Assembly (NCBI GenBank): GCA_965200315.1 | Contig: OZ241362.1 | Coordinates: 2,656,001-2,720,000, forward strand | From: Candidatus Latescibacterota bacterium | Lineage (GTDB): Bacteria; Latescibacterota; UBA2968; UBA8231 | DNA length: 64,000 nt | Direction: 5' to 3' | In this document: one piece after another, positions 8,867 through 19,079 of the stretch | Layout: each line of letters begins with the position of its first letter | How positions within the stretch are numbered: the first letter of the stretch is position 1 | The notes under the pieces: model-generated | Told to the model about the DNA's origin: nothing | The model's database searches: none | The model's input: only the letters and a program-made list of their open reading frames with translations | Translations under genes and position numbers: made by a program

Positions 8867-10060
8867 TCACGCGCTCGGCGGCCACGGAGCCAGACAGGCC
8901 CCGGTCGGCCGCGGCCCGGTCGGTCGCCAGCGGAACGCATCATACGAGTGGTACTCCACATCCAGCCACGGCGTCTCCAGCCGCTTGTAGCCCTCATAGC
9001 GCGACGTCAGCGCCGCTTCGAGGATGCCGCTGGTCAGCAGAGTGCGCTCAACCGGGTACTGGGCTTTGCCGGTCAGGAACATCTCTTCGACGTTGAGCGA
9101 CAGATAGCTGAAGTGTGCGTATGCCCCTTCCAGCCCGCCGTGCCCTTGGGCGTGGAACTCGCAGGCTTGCACCTGTCCACCGACCCGCGCCGCATACGCC
9201 AAATCGTGGACGTAGCCGTTGAGCATTAGCACGGCCCCGCGCAAGCCATCGCTGTATTCCACCACAAAAAGCGCCGGATTTTGGCAGTGTTCCTCCATTG
9301 GCCCTTCGGGCTTATCGACAATAGTCGCGCAAGCGGCCTCGGCTAGTTCCCGCGACCACAATCCCTCGTCGGCAGCTCGCCACACAGCCTCCCCCTCCAG
9401 ACAAGTCACCGCGGCCACTCCCGTCTCTCCACCCTGCCGCCGCTCAACCATGCACTGGAGCACTTCGAGGGTGTGGAACCCGTAGATATCCAGCCCGGAA
9501 AACCCAATCGCCACCGCCGCCTCCAGCGGGGTTGCCAACTCGTGCTCAACCCAAGGCTGCCGCCAACACACCGGCAGCGAAGACCCGGCCATAAACGCCG
9601 CTCCCACCGCCTGCGCCCGTTGGTACATCCACAGCGCATCGGTCCAGCTATAGGACAAGTGCTTGTCGTTGAACACCGGCACCCCTCGCTTCGATGTCGC
9701 CATCACCCCGCAGATTTGCTCCATAAAGTAGCGGCGCGGATAGAGCTGCTGCTCCTTTTCGTTCCAAGCGTAGTCCCCATGCTCGCCAATGGACAATACC
9801 CCATCCACCGCCAGCTCCCGTCCCCCCAGACACAGCGCCGCCGAGATGCTGTTAAAAATCGGCACCCCGTGCTCTTGGGCCATCGCCCGTCCCATATCGT
9901 TTTCGGGAAACTGGTCGATGTACATTGACGCGAGCTCGACCCTCGGCGCACACAAGCCCTCGTCCGTGGGAAAACCCTTGAGGAACTTGGAGACGATCAC
10001 GTCGGCGTGCGACCTCGGGCGGTATTCGGTGATGATCGCCGCAATTTTCTTTTTGCTCAT
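8867..10060 (-). CDS. Conserved hypothetical protein, distant Gfo/Idh/MocA-like oxidoreductase
   Basis: KKIAAIITEYRPRSHADVI, GEHGDY, PVFNDKHLS, FMAGSS and YGFHTLE; DKH stands where Gfo proteins have EKP. Confidence 0.65.
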   Translation of the reverse strand: MSKKKIAAIITEYRPRSHADVIVSKFLKGFPTDEGLCAPRVELASMYIDQFPENDMGRAMAQEHGVPIFNSISAALCLGGRELAVDGVLSIGEHGDYAWNEKEQQLYPRRYFMEQICGVMATSKRGVPVFNDKHLSYSWTDALWMYQRAQAVGAAFMAGSSLPVCWRQPWVEHELATPLEAAVAIGFSGLDIYGFHTLEVLQCMVERRQGGETGVAAVTCLEGEAVWRAADEGLWSRELAEAACATIVDKPEGPMEEHCQNPALFVVEYSDGLRGAVLMLNGYVHDLAYAARVGGQVQACEFHAQGHGGLEGAYAHFSYLSLNVEEMFLTGKAQYPVERTLLTSGILEAALTSRYEGYKRLETPWLDVEYHSYDAFRWRPTGPRPTGACLAPWPPSA

Positions 10061-10070
10061 CTTTATCCCA

Positions 10071-11033
10071 CTACTTAACCGCCGCCAACGCAGCAAACAA
10101 CGCCTTGATGTACCCCACTGAGTACGCCAATCCCCGCATCAAGGCCCCCTCATCCCCTTCTAGCGCCGGTATGTGGTCGGGATTGATGCACCCGTCGAAA
10201 CCCACCCGGTCCAACTCCAGCAAAATTTTGGCCATGTTCATGTCGCCATCGTCGAGCAGGGTCTCCTCAAACCCCCCAGCCGTGGCCAAGCTCCCGCGCA
10301 CATTGCGCAAATGCACCATGAAGATCCGGCCCTTGCGCCCGTAATTGTGAACCTCGTCGAGCACTAAGGGCAAGCCCCCGGCCTCGGCGCGGGTGCCGCA
10401 GCAGTAGAGGTACCCGACTTGGCGGCTGGGGAAGGCGTCAATGACCTTGTGAAAACCCAAGCCACCCAACGGCGTATCCGGCAGTGGCGAGTCCGACGGA
10501 TGAATCGCCAGCTTGATGTCGCAGTCTTCAGCAATGGGCACCAAGCGCTCGTACACCGTGCAAAAACGCGCCCACCAAGCATCGAGCTGTTCTAGCGAAG
10601 GCGACCCCTCATCGCTCTCGGCCAAGCCGCGGCTCTCGGCCCGATAGTGATAGCCGCCGCGCCGTGGCGAGTTCCAGCGGTGGAGCATCCACGGGAACAC
10701 ATCGCCGTGGAATCGCTGCCGCGCAATGGGCGCGCCGGCCGCGGCAAAAACCTCCAGCGCCGCGGCCGTGTTTTCCAACTCCTTCTCGCAGCCATCCTCC
10801 CCGGACATGAACTTTGCGGTTATGTCCGGCAGGGTCACGCGATTGAAGTCTAGGCCCCAAGAACGGATTTTTTTTCTTATTTTTATCACGGCGTCTAAGT
10901 CGGGATAGCCCTGCTCTTTGACCCCGGGGAAGTAATCGCCCGAGCCAAAGTCCAAGCAATCGACCCCAAGCTGAGTAACATAGCGCAGGTACGATTCCGA
11001 CAAATCGCCGTGCCACACGGATATTTTAAACAT
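10071..11033 (-). CDS. Mannonate dehydratase (UxuA)-like protein
   Basis: LVPIAEDCDIKLAIHPSD, CCGT, HLRNVRG, FEETLLDDGDMNM, PDHIP and AYSVGYIKAL. Confidence 0.8.
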   Translation of the reverse strand: MFKISVWHGDLSESYLRYVTQLGVDCLDFGSGDYFPGVKEQGYPDLDAVIKIRKKIRSWGLDFNRVTLPDITAKFMSGEDGCEKELENTAAALEVFAAAGAPIARQRFHGDVFPWMLHRWNSPRRGGYHYRAESRGLAESDEGSPSLEQLDAWWARFCTVYERLVPIAEDCDIKLAIHPSDSPLPDTPLGGLGFHKVIDAFPSRQVGYLYCCGTRAEAGGLPLVLDEVHNYGRKGRIFMVHLRNVRGSLATAGGFEETLLDDGDMNMAKILLELDRVGFDGCINPDHIPALEGDEGALMRGLAYSVGYIKALFAALAAVK

Positions 11034-11118
11034 CGCTTCCCTCCTTTTGCGGGGCACAAAATAGCCAAGTCCCCTCAATCCAACAAGCAGCATTGCTCTT
11101 GCCATAGGACGATACAAC

Positions 11119-11529
11119 ATGCCAGCACAGCCTCCCGACTTCACACTCACCCTAGATGTCCGCGATTACGAATGCGATCTCCAAGGCATCGTCAACAACG
11201 CGATATACCAACACTACCTCGAACACGCCCGCCACCAATACTTGCAAAGCCTTGGCCTCAGCTTTGCCCGCTTTCACCAACAGGGCCACGACTTGGTCCT
11301 CACTCGCGCAGAAATCGACTACAAGACCCCCCTCCGCAGCGGCGACCGCTTCACAGTCGAGCTGCGCGTAGAGCGGGAGAGCCGCCTGCGCTTTTGCTTT
11401 GTCCAAGACATCTTCAGAGAAGCCGACGGCGCACACGTGCTGCACGGCCGCCTCATCGGCACCAGCCTCAACCGCGACGGGCAGCGCGGCTTTCCGCCTG
11501 AGATAGCGGAGCTGTTGGCGAATCGCTGA
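11119..11529 (+). CDS. Acyl-CoA thioesterase (4HBT/YbgC family)
   Basis: VRDYECDLQGIVNNAIYQHYLEHAR hot-dog fold motif. Confidence 0.9.
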   Translation: MPAQPPDFTLTLDVRDYECDLQGIVNNAIYQHYLEHARHQYLQSLGLSFARFHQQGHDLVLTRAEIDYKTPLRSGDRFTVELRVERESRLRFCFVQDIFREADGAHVLHGRLIGTSLNRDGQRGFPPEIAELLANR

Positions 11530-11775
11530 ACTTTTTGTCGTCTTACTTATTTATTATCACAACTTCACCGAGGGATCCACCTTGCCATCACCGCCGGCCC
11601 TGCCCAAAAATTACGACTCCCAAGCACACCTGATGACTCATCAGGTGCGCGGGCGCATCTTTCACTCCACCATACCCTCGGCTCAGCTTACCAAGGCCAG
11701 CCCCGCTGCGGTTTCTACGCCGAACTGACCGAGCGCATCGACTACGCCAGTGGTGCCGATTTTGCCGCCGAGGTA

Positions 11776-12207
11776 GTGAGGGGTACGCTCGTCGACGAAG
11801 CGGCTCCGCCCGCCACCTATACCGCGGGTAGCGAGCGCCCGCTCCGCGTGGAGTACACGCGGGACGACCGCATACTCGGCATTGAAGTCGATCTGTACGA
11901 GTGGTCGCTAAAGCGGCGCTGGACCCAAGACGGCCCCTTAGAATGGCCCATGCACGAGTCACCCTACGCTCGACAAAGCACTGCCGGACAGGTCTCCATC
12001 GGCGGTGCCACGCTCACCTGCGACAAGGGGCCGATATGGCTCTGCGCCTGCCCGGGGGGCAAAAGGTATGTTGCCGCCTACAGCGGCATCGGGATGACCT
12101 CGTTGAGATTGGAGGTTCCCGGCGATGTCGTCGAGCTAGTTGAAATGGGCACGGGCACGGTAATTTGGGACGAGGGCGAAGTAAAAATAGAAGCCATACT
12201 GCCCTGA
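11776..12207 (+). pseudogene. Probable C-terminal remnant of an unknown protein
   Basis: Coding-like 143-aa frame with no convincing start or RBS; the upstream sequence is disrupted. Confidence 0.4.
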
Positions 12208-12209
12208 TT

Positions 12210-12929
12210 TTACTCGGCCCGTCGCTGCTTTGCCAACCACTCCCATAAGGCCAGATCGCTGTAGGCATTTTGCCACGCTTCCACGTGGCCCACTTTAGGG
12301 TACACCGTAAAGCGGACATTGCCTCCGGCCGCCTTGAGCGCGTCAACCATCTCCTGTGATTGTTGCAACGGCACGGCCTCGTCTTTCGCGCCGTGGAAAA
12401 CCCAAGTCGGCACCCCCTTCATTAAGGGTGCTTTTGCTGAATCCCCACCACCACATATAGGGACGACGGCCGCGAACCGCTCGGGATAGGTACAGGCTAG
12501 TCCCCACGTCGCATATCCCCCCATACTCAGGCCGGTCACATAGATCCTAGCCGTATCGATGCGGTAGGTCTCAACGATCTCGTTTAGAAGATCATTCAGC
12601 GCGTCCACGGACCACCACTCATCCTTTGGACACTGCGGCGAGACGACCACGAAGGGAAAGTCCTTCCCCTGAGCTATCATTTTCGGTGGACCGTGGACTT
12701 TCACTAGCTCGAGGTTATCTCCACGCTCGCCTGCTCCGTGCAAGAACAAGAGCAACGGCCATTGCTCTTCGCTGCTGTCATAAGCAGGTGGCAAATACAG
12801 CAGATATTGCATCTCAATGGTACGCACCAGACTCTGTGCAACCTGTCTTTCTGCGGACTGGGCATCGCCGGGGCGGACGCTCCACAACAGGCAGCACAAC
12901 AAAGCCGAAAGGCTCAGACTACGCTTCAT
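12210..12929 (-). CDS. Secreted alpha/beta hydrolase (predicted peptidase/esterase)
   Basis: Signal peptide; YLLYLP, LFLHGAGERG, nucleophile elbow GLSMGG, WVFHGAKD. Confidence 0.88.
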   Translation of the reverse strand: MKRSLSLSALLCCLLWSVRPGDAQSAERQVAQSLVRTIEMQYLLYLPPAYDSSEEQWPLLLFLHGAGERGDNLELVKVHGPPKMIAQGKDFPFVVVSPQCPKDEWWSVDALNDLLNEIVETYRIDTARIYVTGLSMGGYATWGLACTYPERFAAVVPICGGGDSAKAPLMKGVPTWVFHGAKDEAVPLQQSQEMVDALKAAGGNVRFTVYPKVGHVEAWQNAYSDLALWEWLAKQRRAE

Positions 12930-13272
12930 AATTCCCCTCTTCGTCAAGGTCTTCCGGTGGGTTCTCTGCATTGAATGGGGTAAAAAAGCACGGGTGAAGA
13001 ATTGAGAAGACGAACTTGCCACCGGCGACCAGCACTCGACGGACACTGGAAAATGTTGACTTTAGGTCGGGAATATCCATTAGGGCCATGTTACAAATCA
13101 CAGCATCCATGCTGGCGTCGGATACTTGGTTCATCGCTTGGGCATCGTCTAGAAAGAAGGAGAAAAAACCATTTCCAGTCCCATTAACGATCTCTGGCAA
13201 TCCGGGACGGTCTTTGACCTTTAAAATTGAGTAAATCCCGGCCAGAACTTTTATCGAGAAGTGCTGTTCCAT
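12919..13272 (-). pseudogene. Chimeric remnant: ACT-domain-like N-terminus joined to an internal class I SAM methyltransferase fragment
   Basis: DAVICNMALMDIPDL..RRVL..GGKFVFSILHPCF is mid-MTase sequence but motif I and the C-terminus are missing. The first ~40 aa (FSIKVLAGIYSILKV..GFFS) look unrelated. Confidence 0.6.
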
Positions 13273-13286
13273 CTAATCTTCCGTAA

Positions 13287-14218
13287 CTACTGCTTCCACC
13301 CCAAGTAATGTCCCTCGGTCTTGTCGCTGACCACTATCTTTGCGTCGGGAAGCTCGCGCACCGCGGGGCGCAGGCTCGTTCCTAGGCCGGGGCCTTCGGG
13401 CGCTAGCAGATGCCCGTCCTGTATGTTGATATTCGTCGTCACAAACTCCCCGTACCAGCCCTCGTAAAACTGCCGAATCGTCTCCATCAGCATCGCGTTC
13501 GGCACGTTCATGCAGATATGGGCGCACGCAAACACGTTTACAGGCCCTGAGCAGTCGTGGGGGCATACCGGAAGCTGATACGTCTCTCCCAGAATCGCAA
13601 TTTTCTTCGTCTCTGATATGCCACCCGTCCAGATAAGGTCGGGCATCAGGATTTCCACCGCGCCCTTCTCGATAAATTCGCGGAACTGGTAGCGCGTCAC
13701 GAACCGCTCGGCGAGACAGACCGGAAACTTCGCTTCCCTCACCAGAGCTAGATGCGCGTCAACGTTGCGCGGCGAAAGCATCTCCTCAAGCCAAAGTATA
13801 TTGTACGGCTCCAAAGCCTTCGCCACTCTTATCGCATTGTGCAGACTCCAGAATCCGTGCCCGTCTATAGCAATGCTCATGCGGTTGCCAACAGCCTCGT
13901 GAATTCTGCGTATCGGGTCTATCAACGCCTCGATTTCTTCGTTAGAGACGTAGTACCCATCGCCTTCATGGGCATCGGGAAACGCGCCGAGTTTCATCTG
14001 CTTGATCCCGCGCTCAAGATCTCGATATTCAAAGGGTTGCGGCCTATCAGCATGGGCGCGAACAACTCATGCACTGCGCCTTCTACCGCCATCGGCCCGT
14101 ACCAAGTCTCGCCAAGCCCAACATGACCTTCGTCTGTGTAAATCTGCACCCAGATTCCGCAACCATAACTCTCGCTTCGGTTTGCCACGCGGATTGTTTC
14201 TACCTCGGTTATCTTCAT
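13287..14218 (-). pseudogene. Mandelate racemase/muconate lactonizing enzyme family, with internal deletion and frameshift
   Basis: N-terminal MKITEVET..TDEGHVGLGET (14218-13994) jumps out of frame to ..GIKQMKL..DGH..WLEE..ER..MPD..GGISE..PHDC. The conserved SAIDIALWD segment is absent. Confidence 0.85.
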
Positions 14219-14344
14219 TGCTTTCCTTTGCTTGGGTAACAGAAACCTCTGTTTATTCTTCCTATCTGCACGCAGCGGTTGTGCGAAGGGCGTAGCCCGC
14301 AGCCGGGCATGGACGTGTTAAATGAAGCCCCAAATGCCGGTAGT

Positions 14345-15094
14345 TCACGATGCCGCTTTGCGCGCAAGAGCAATCAGCCGCTTTGAGCTAGTCCCATACT
14401 CACTACCTGCCAAATCTCCATATAGTTGCGTGGTACTAAACCCAACTTGCAAGAGACGATCCCTCAGTTCTTGGCCAGAGTACAAGGTGTGGTGAAACTT
14501 GAACGATCTTACCTGCTCGTCCCGGATCAGGAGCCACTCGTTGCGAATCCTTGTCCAATCGTCGAAGACCTCGCGACGTTGAACGAGCAACGTCCCGTCG
14601 GGATGCGCCTCCGAGGAGGTCGCGGCGAATACCTTGGCCAACCACTCTTTACCCATTATATCCATTACGAGGGCTCCCCCAGGCCTGAGACTCTCGTAGA
14701 TATTGCTGAGTACTCGCAGGTCCTCGTCCTTGTCATCAAAATAGCCGAAGGACGTAAACATGTTGAGCACCAAGTCGTACGATGTGGACCGCACAAAACG
14801 ACGCATATCCTCCTGCACAAACTCGACGTCTAATTTCCGCTCGCTTGCTCGCGCCATAGCTTTTTGTAGTAAGAACTTGGTAGAATCAACGCCCGTTACG
14901 GAAAATCCTCGCTCCGCCAAGACCGTGGCATGTCGGCCAGGGCCGCAGCACAGATCGAGGATATGTATCCCGCTGAACTCCACCAGCGAAAGAATCTTGT
15001 CGACTTGATCTTCCGCAGATTGAAATCGCTCTTCCGGGAACATATAGGGATACATTTCCGTCCAGAAGTCTTCGTTTTCAAACCATTCGGACAT
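14345..15094 (-). CDS. Class I SAM-dependent methyltransferase
   Basis: ILDLCCGPGRH, VTGVD, QEDMR, NMFTSFGYF and LRPGG. Confidence 0.92.
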   Translation of the reverse strand: MSEWFENEDFWTEMYPYMFPEERFQSAEDQVDKILSLVEFSGIHILDLCCGPGRHATVLAERGFSVTGVDSTKFLLQKAMARASERKLDVEFVQEDMRRFVRSTSYDLVLNMFTSFGYFDDKDEDLRVLSNIYESLRPGGALVMDIMGKEWLAKVFAATSSEAHPDGTLLVQRREVFDDWTRIRNEWLLIRDEQVRSFKFHHTLYSGQELRDRLLQVGFSTTQLYGDLAGSEYGTSSKRLIALARKAAS

Positions 15095-15145
15095 AGAACT
15101 CCAGTTTCTCCTCAAAGGGTTCAGGAAACGACGCCTTGTCTATGT

Positions 15146-15577
15146 TCACAGTCTCGTCCGATTTGTAAGCTGTTTGTTTTCTGCCCTGCCAATCTTCGTT
15201 ATGATCGAGCGCAAATCCGGGGCTGAAAACTGATCTGACTTCAATACTTTGCCGTCCCTCCTGAATATCGGCTTGCCCTGCTCATCTAGCTTACTCATGT
15301 TGCTTCGGTGGACTTCAGCAAAGAGCTCTTCGGCAATGTCCTGCAGACCATGCGTGATGAACGTACCCAGCAGTACGTAAAGCATGTCTGTAAGGGCGTC
15401 CGCGATCTCGACGATGTCGCAGTTATGTACGGCCGCTCGATACTCTTCTAGCTCCTCCAAAAACATCTGGATACGCCCTTGGCTTATCTCCACAGGCACC
15501 TTTGCCGTAGGCGCGCGCTCCATGTGTCCTTGGAATACCTCATGAAAACATCTCACGCTATCTATCTGATCTTTCAT
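15146..15577 (-). CDS. Nucleoside triphosphate pyrophosphohydrolase (MazG-like/PRA-PH family)
   Basis: EELEEY..EIADALTD..YV..G, EVHRSNMSK and DGKVLK. Confidence 0.85.
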   Translation of the reverse strand: MKDQIDSVRCFHEVFQGHMERAPTAKVPVEISQGRIQMFLEELEEYRAAVHNCDIVEIADALTDMLYVLLGTFITHGLQDIAEELFAEVHRSNMSKLDEQGKPIFRRDGKVLKSDQFSAPDLRSIITKIGRAENKQLTNRTRL

Positions 15578-15627
15578 TGGCACCTTTCATAGCAATCCTA
15601 TATCATTTATAAGTTCAAGGATAAAAA

Positions 15628-15722
15628 GGCGAACACATCGGTTCGCCCCTACGAAGACATAAATCATTCACACGGAAACGACGGCATACGAGATCGTAGG
15701 GACAGACCTATGTGTCTGTCCC
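15628..15722. repeat. Inverted pair of GTAG-type REP sequences (REPIN-like)
   Basis: ggcgaacacatcggttcgcccctac (15628-15652) and gtagggacagacctatgtgtctgtccc (15696-15722); each is a hairpin with a GTAG tag, in opposite orientations. Confidence 0.75.
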
Positions 15723-15922
15723 AGAACTTCCATTTTCCCCAAAAACAATATATAATATCTCTTAAATTATTTATAATTGCTTCTATACCTATATGGCCCA
15801 CAAAACCTAAAGGCTTCCCGCAAAGTGATGATTTATTCAAAGGTTTTTGATCATCCGCATATTCTCCATGACGTTAGGTTTCTTCTGTTGGCCCGCTATG
15901 GAAACTGTTTGTTCCCCACGTC

Positions 15923-17059
15923 CTATATAGCCTCCTCCCCTTCCTGCCGCCAAGCCTCATAGGGATTCTCCCGATTCGCCAACGGCAAGGACACCCGCGT
16001 GCCCAAGCGCTGCGACTCGTGTACCGCCATGATCATCTCCAAAGCCGCTCGCCCGTCCTCGCCGCTGGAGCAAGCCCGCACCGGGCGATCCTCCTCCATG
16101 GCTTGGATCAATTCCCGCACAATGATCAGATTGCTCTGGTGAGTGCGCTCGCCCGCCGAGTACTGCTCCCACTCGTCCAACAGCACCCGTTCCCAAGTGC
16201 CGTTTTCCGCGCCGGGGATCCACAAACCTTGGCGGTAGATATACATCTCGCCGTTGGGCGAGTTGCGCAGGGCGATGATGCCCTCACTGCCGTGCGCTTC
16301 AAAACCGAACCACCGGCTGTTGGACCCTTTTGGATAGCCCGGTTGCGACTCAAAATGCGCGGTCACCCCATTCTCAAAAACGTAGTACGCCGCCACCCCA
16401 TTGCCGGCGATCAAGCCGATGCGCTCGGGCCCTTCCCGCACATCGGCCAAAGTCACCTCGCGCCCATCCTGCGTGACGTGCCCATGAGCCCAAGCCACCT
16501 CGGCCCCGGCGAAGTAGCGCATACTGTCCATCATGTGCGTACCCAAGACCATCAGATCCTGAGAGCCGGCCCGATGGTCGGACTTGCCGTGGCTGCGCAG
16601 CACTTGTAGCTGGCCGATAACGCCCTCGTCAACTAGCTTTTTGCCGTACTGCTCGTAGGGATTGGCGCGCCGGTGTGCCACTGCGGTCTTGACGCCGTGC
16701 TCCTGACAGGCCGCCAACAGGGCGTCGGCTTCGCGCAGAGAGGGCGTCAGCGGCTTCTCGATAAACACGCCGCGCACCCCGGCCTCGGCACAGGCGATGA
16801 CCATGTCGGCGTGGCAGTCGGGCATCCGCGGACAGACGCTGACTATGTCCAAGTCCTCGTCGGCGAGCATCTGGCGATAATCGGCGTAGAGCCGCTGGGC
16901 ACCCGTGCGTTGGCCGGCTGCGGCGCTGCCCTCGGGGTCGGGGTCGGCTAATGAGACTAAATCCACTTGCTCCAAGCCCCGGTAAACGGTTTCCAAGCCG
17001 TGGCCGTAGCCGCCGGCACCCGTGCGCCCGATGACTCCGGCTTTGTAGCGCTTACTCAT
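15923..17059 (-). CDS. Gfo/Idh/MocA family oxidoreductase
   Basis: YADYRQML..DIVSVC, H..ACAEAG, IEKP and LMVLGTHMMD. Confidence 0.9.
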   Translation of the reverse strand: MSKRYKAGVIGRTGAGGYGHGLETVYRGLEQVDLVSLADPDPEGSAAAGQRTGAQRLYADYRQMLADEDLDIVSVCPRMPDCHADMVIACAEAGVRGVFIEKPLTPSLREADALLAACQEHGVKTAVAHRRANPYEQYGKKLVDEGVIGQLQVLRSHGKSDHRAGSQDLMVLGTHMMDSMRYFAGAEVAWAHGHVTQDGREVTLADVREGPERIGLIAGNGVAAYYVFENGVTAHFESQPGYPKGSNSRWFGFEAHGSEGIIALRNSPNGEMYIYRQGLWIPGAENGTWERVLLDEWEQYSAGERTHQSNLIIVRELIQAMEEDRPVRACSSGEDGRAALEMIMAVHESQRLGTRVSLPLANRENPYEAWRQEGEEAI

Positions 17060-17084
17060 AATTCGCACTCCTCGTCGCTTAGTT

Positions 17085-17948
17085 TCATTGAACTACCAAG
17101 ATTACAGCTAGTACGCCCACGCTCACGCCCCAAACGGCCGCCCGGCTGATTGGCTCTTTCCACAACAGCGGTGCCGTCACATTGTCCAAAATGACGACGC
17201 CGCAGCCCACGAGGGGAAAAAATACCGTACCCGGCACGTGCTTGAGCGCTATTAGAACGGCCATTAAGGCCAGCAGATTGTACACCCCGATACCGGCCCC
17301 CACCGCCAGATCGGAGCGCCGAATGCGCTGCCGCGCCTCCCACAGCAACACGGTGCCTCCAATGATCCCAGCGGTAAAGCCGATGACCATGAGCACTTGT
17401 AAATACGCATCGTCCAAGCCGGCGTAATGCACCCAGCGCAGACAGGAAGTACTCATCCCTTGGATACCAAAAACCAATATCAGCAGCCCCGTGGCGGCCC
17501 AGCGCGAAACCTCGGTCTGGTGCCCAGCGTGCCGCGACATCAGCAAAACGGCCACCAACGCCAAGCCCAAGCCCACTAGTTGGAGGCCGCCCAACGGTTC
17601 GTCCCACAGGAGTACGCCCAGCCCCACCGGCACGACGATGGCGAGGCGGAAGGCGGTCAGCACCGAAGCCACGCGAAAGGTCCGCAACAAGCGCGTCATC
17701 AACAGCATGGAGCTAATGAAGACGACGCCGGTGATCGCGCCAACCTTCACCGCCGCGACCGGTAAGTGCAATTGCCCGGTGAACCCCAGATAGAGCAGCA
17801 GCATGGAAGCTAGCACCCAATAGTTGGTCGCTACCACGGTCGGCTCGTAGCACCGGCGTTGCGTGGCCCATTTGAACAACTGCCCAAAGCCGAATTCCAG
17901 CAGCAGCGGCAGCACTAACCAGAGGGGCGGTGCCCCTTCCATACTCAT
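17085..17948 (-). CDS. DMT/EamA-type membrane transporter
   Basis: About 10 hydrophobic helices in two halves (LLWDEP / LLWKEP); start uncertain. Confidence 0.75.
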   Translation of the reverse strand: MSMEGAPPLWLVLPLLLEFGFGQLFKWATQRRCYEPTVVATNYWVLASMLLLYLGFTGQLHLPVAAVKVGAITGVVFISSMLLMTRLLRTFRVASVLTAFRLAIVVPVGLGVLLWDEPLGGLQLVGLGLALVAVLLMSRHAGHQTEVSRWAATGLLILVFGIQGMSTSCLRWVHYAGLDDAYLQVLMVIGFTAGIIGGTVLLWEARQRIRRSDLAVGAGIGVYNLLALMAVLIALKHVPGTVFFPLVGCGVVILDNVTAPLLWKEPISRAAVWGVSVGVLAVILVVQ

Positions 17949-18061
17949 CAGCCAGTCCCTCAAAAAATTGACATGCGCCCCAAACTCCACGACCACCCCA
18001 TCGCTGTCAAGCCACCCATCCATTGCCGTCCTCGACAAAAGTCTATTCTATTATATAGCCG

Positions 18062-18883
18062 ATGACAGGGAGCCAGCTCATGCAGTTAGAACGACTGCTT
18101 CTACACCTAAAACTAGACGGCTGGTGCGTGGTCGAAGGCGTCATCCCAGCCGACCAGATTGAGCACGTGCGCCACAGCGTCGAGGCCACGGTCGCAGCGC
18201 ACCGCAATCCCGCCGCCCCACCCGGCATTGGCCATCTGCCGGGCATGATCAACTTCGACCAGTCCTTCGCGCCTTTTCTAGCCGATGAAGAGCTCCTCTC
18301 CTTGGTCGGCGCAATGGTAGGCCCGCATCCGCGCATCTCCTTCACCACCGGCACGATCAACTACCCGGGCAACGAGCGCGGCGGCTGGCACGCCGACTGG
18401 CCCTTCAACCAGAACAACGCCGGCCACATCCCTGCGCCGTATCCCGACGCGACGGTCCACTTGACCACCTTGTGGATGCTAGCCCCTTTTACCGAGGAAA
18501 ACGGCGGCACCCTCCTCGTCCCCGGCAGCCACCGATCCTCGAACAACCCCACCGGCGACAATGGCGTCGATCCCCTCGCCCCGTATCCCACGGAAGTAAA
18601 CGCCTGCGGCCCAGCCGGCAGCGTGCTCGTGCTCGACAGCCGCCTGTGGCACGCGACCGCGCCCAACCGCTCGCACCAACCCCGCACCTCGGTAGTGGTG
18701 CGCTACGCCCCTTGGTGGCTCAATGTCGAGGTCTTGCGCCCCGGCTCGGACGAGCGCCGCCGCCTATCCGAGGAAACCGGCATCAAGGAAAACGCCGTGC
18801 CGTCGCTGCCCGCCAGCGTTTTTGCCGCGCTACCCTCCCCAGTCCAGCCCTTGTTCCGCCACTCGGTCGCCCGCCCCGAATAG
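18062..18883 (+). CDS. Phytanoyl-CoA dioxygenase (PhyH) family protein
   Basis: DGWCVVEGVI, WHAD, ENGGT..VPGSH, DSRLWH..N...R. Confidence 0.9.
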   Translation: MTGSQLMQLERLLLHLKLDGWCVVEGVIPADQIEHVRHSVEATVAAHRNPAAPPGIGHLPGMINFDQSFAPFLADEELLSLVGAMVGPHPRISFTTGTINYPGNERGGWHADWPFNQNNAGHIPAPYPDATVHLTTLWMLAPFTEENGGTLLVPGSHRSSNNPTGDNGVDPLAPYPTEVNACGPAGSVLVLDSRLWHATAPNRSHQPRTSVVVRYAPWWLNVEVLRPGSDERRRLSEETGIKENAVPSLPASVFAALPSPVQPLFRHSVARPE

Positions 18884-18947
18884 ATTCCGCACCGATTTCG
18901 TTGCTCATTGCGTCCGTAGGCCCCCCTCGTGGGTCTCAACGGACGAC

Positions 18948-18984
18948 TGTCCGAAAATGAACAGTGAGTGTTCAAAAGCGGACG
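18948..18984. promoter_or_regulatory. Two 16-bp imperfect palindromes, putative enhancer-binding-protein sites (UAS)
   Basis: TGTCCGAAAATGAACA (18948-18963) and TGTTCAAAAGCGGACG (18969-18984), 21 bp apart, about 55-90 bp upstream of a sigma54-like box. Confidence 0.55.
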
Positions 18985-19038
18985 AAAATCTTCTGCACCA
19001 AAATCAATAAATCAAGCAAAAACAATAGTTTGTCGCTT

Positions 19039-19054
19039 TGGCACGGAATTTGTA
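19039..19054 (+). promoter_or_regulatory. Sigma54 (-24/-12)-like promoter
   Basis: TGGCACGGAATTTGTA versus consensus TGGCACG-N4-TTGCW; the -24 box is perfect and the -12 GC is GT. Confidence 0.55.
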
Positions 19055-19079
19055 GTGAACAAGCGGAGGTATAAACCCC

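Noticed and set aside
14234-14323. Possible integron attC site downstream of the methyltransferase (ATTTAAC on the minus strand followed by a small hairpin)
   Set aside because: The distal end reads GTTACCC rather than GTTRRRY and is not complementary to the first box. There is no second site and no integrase in the window.
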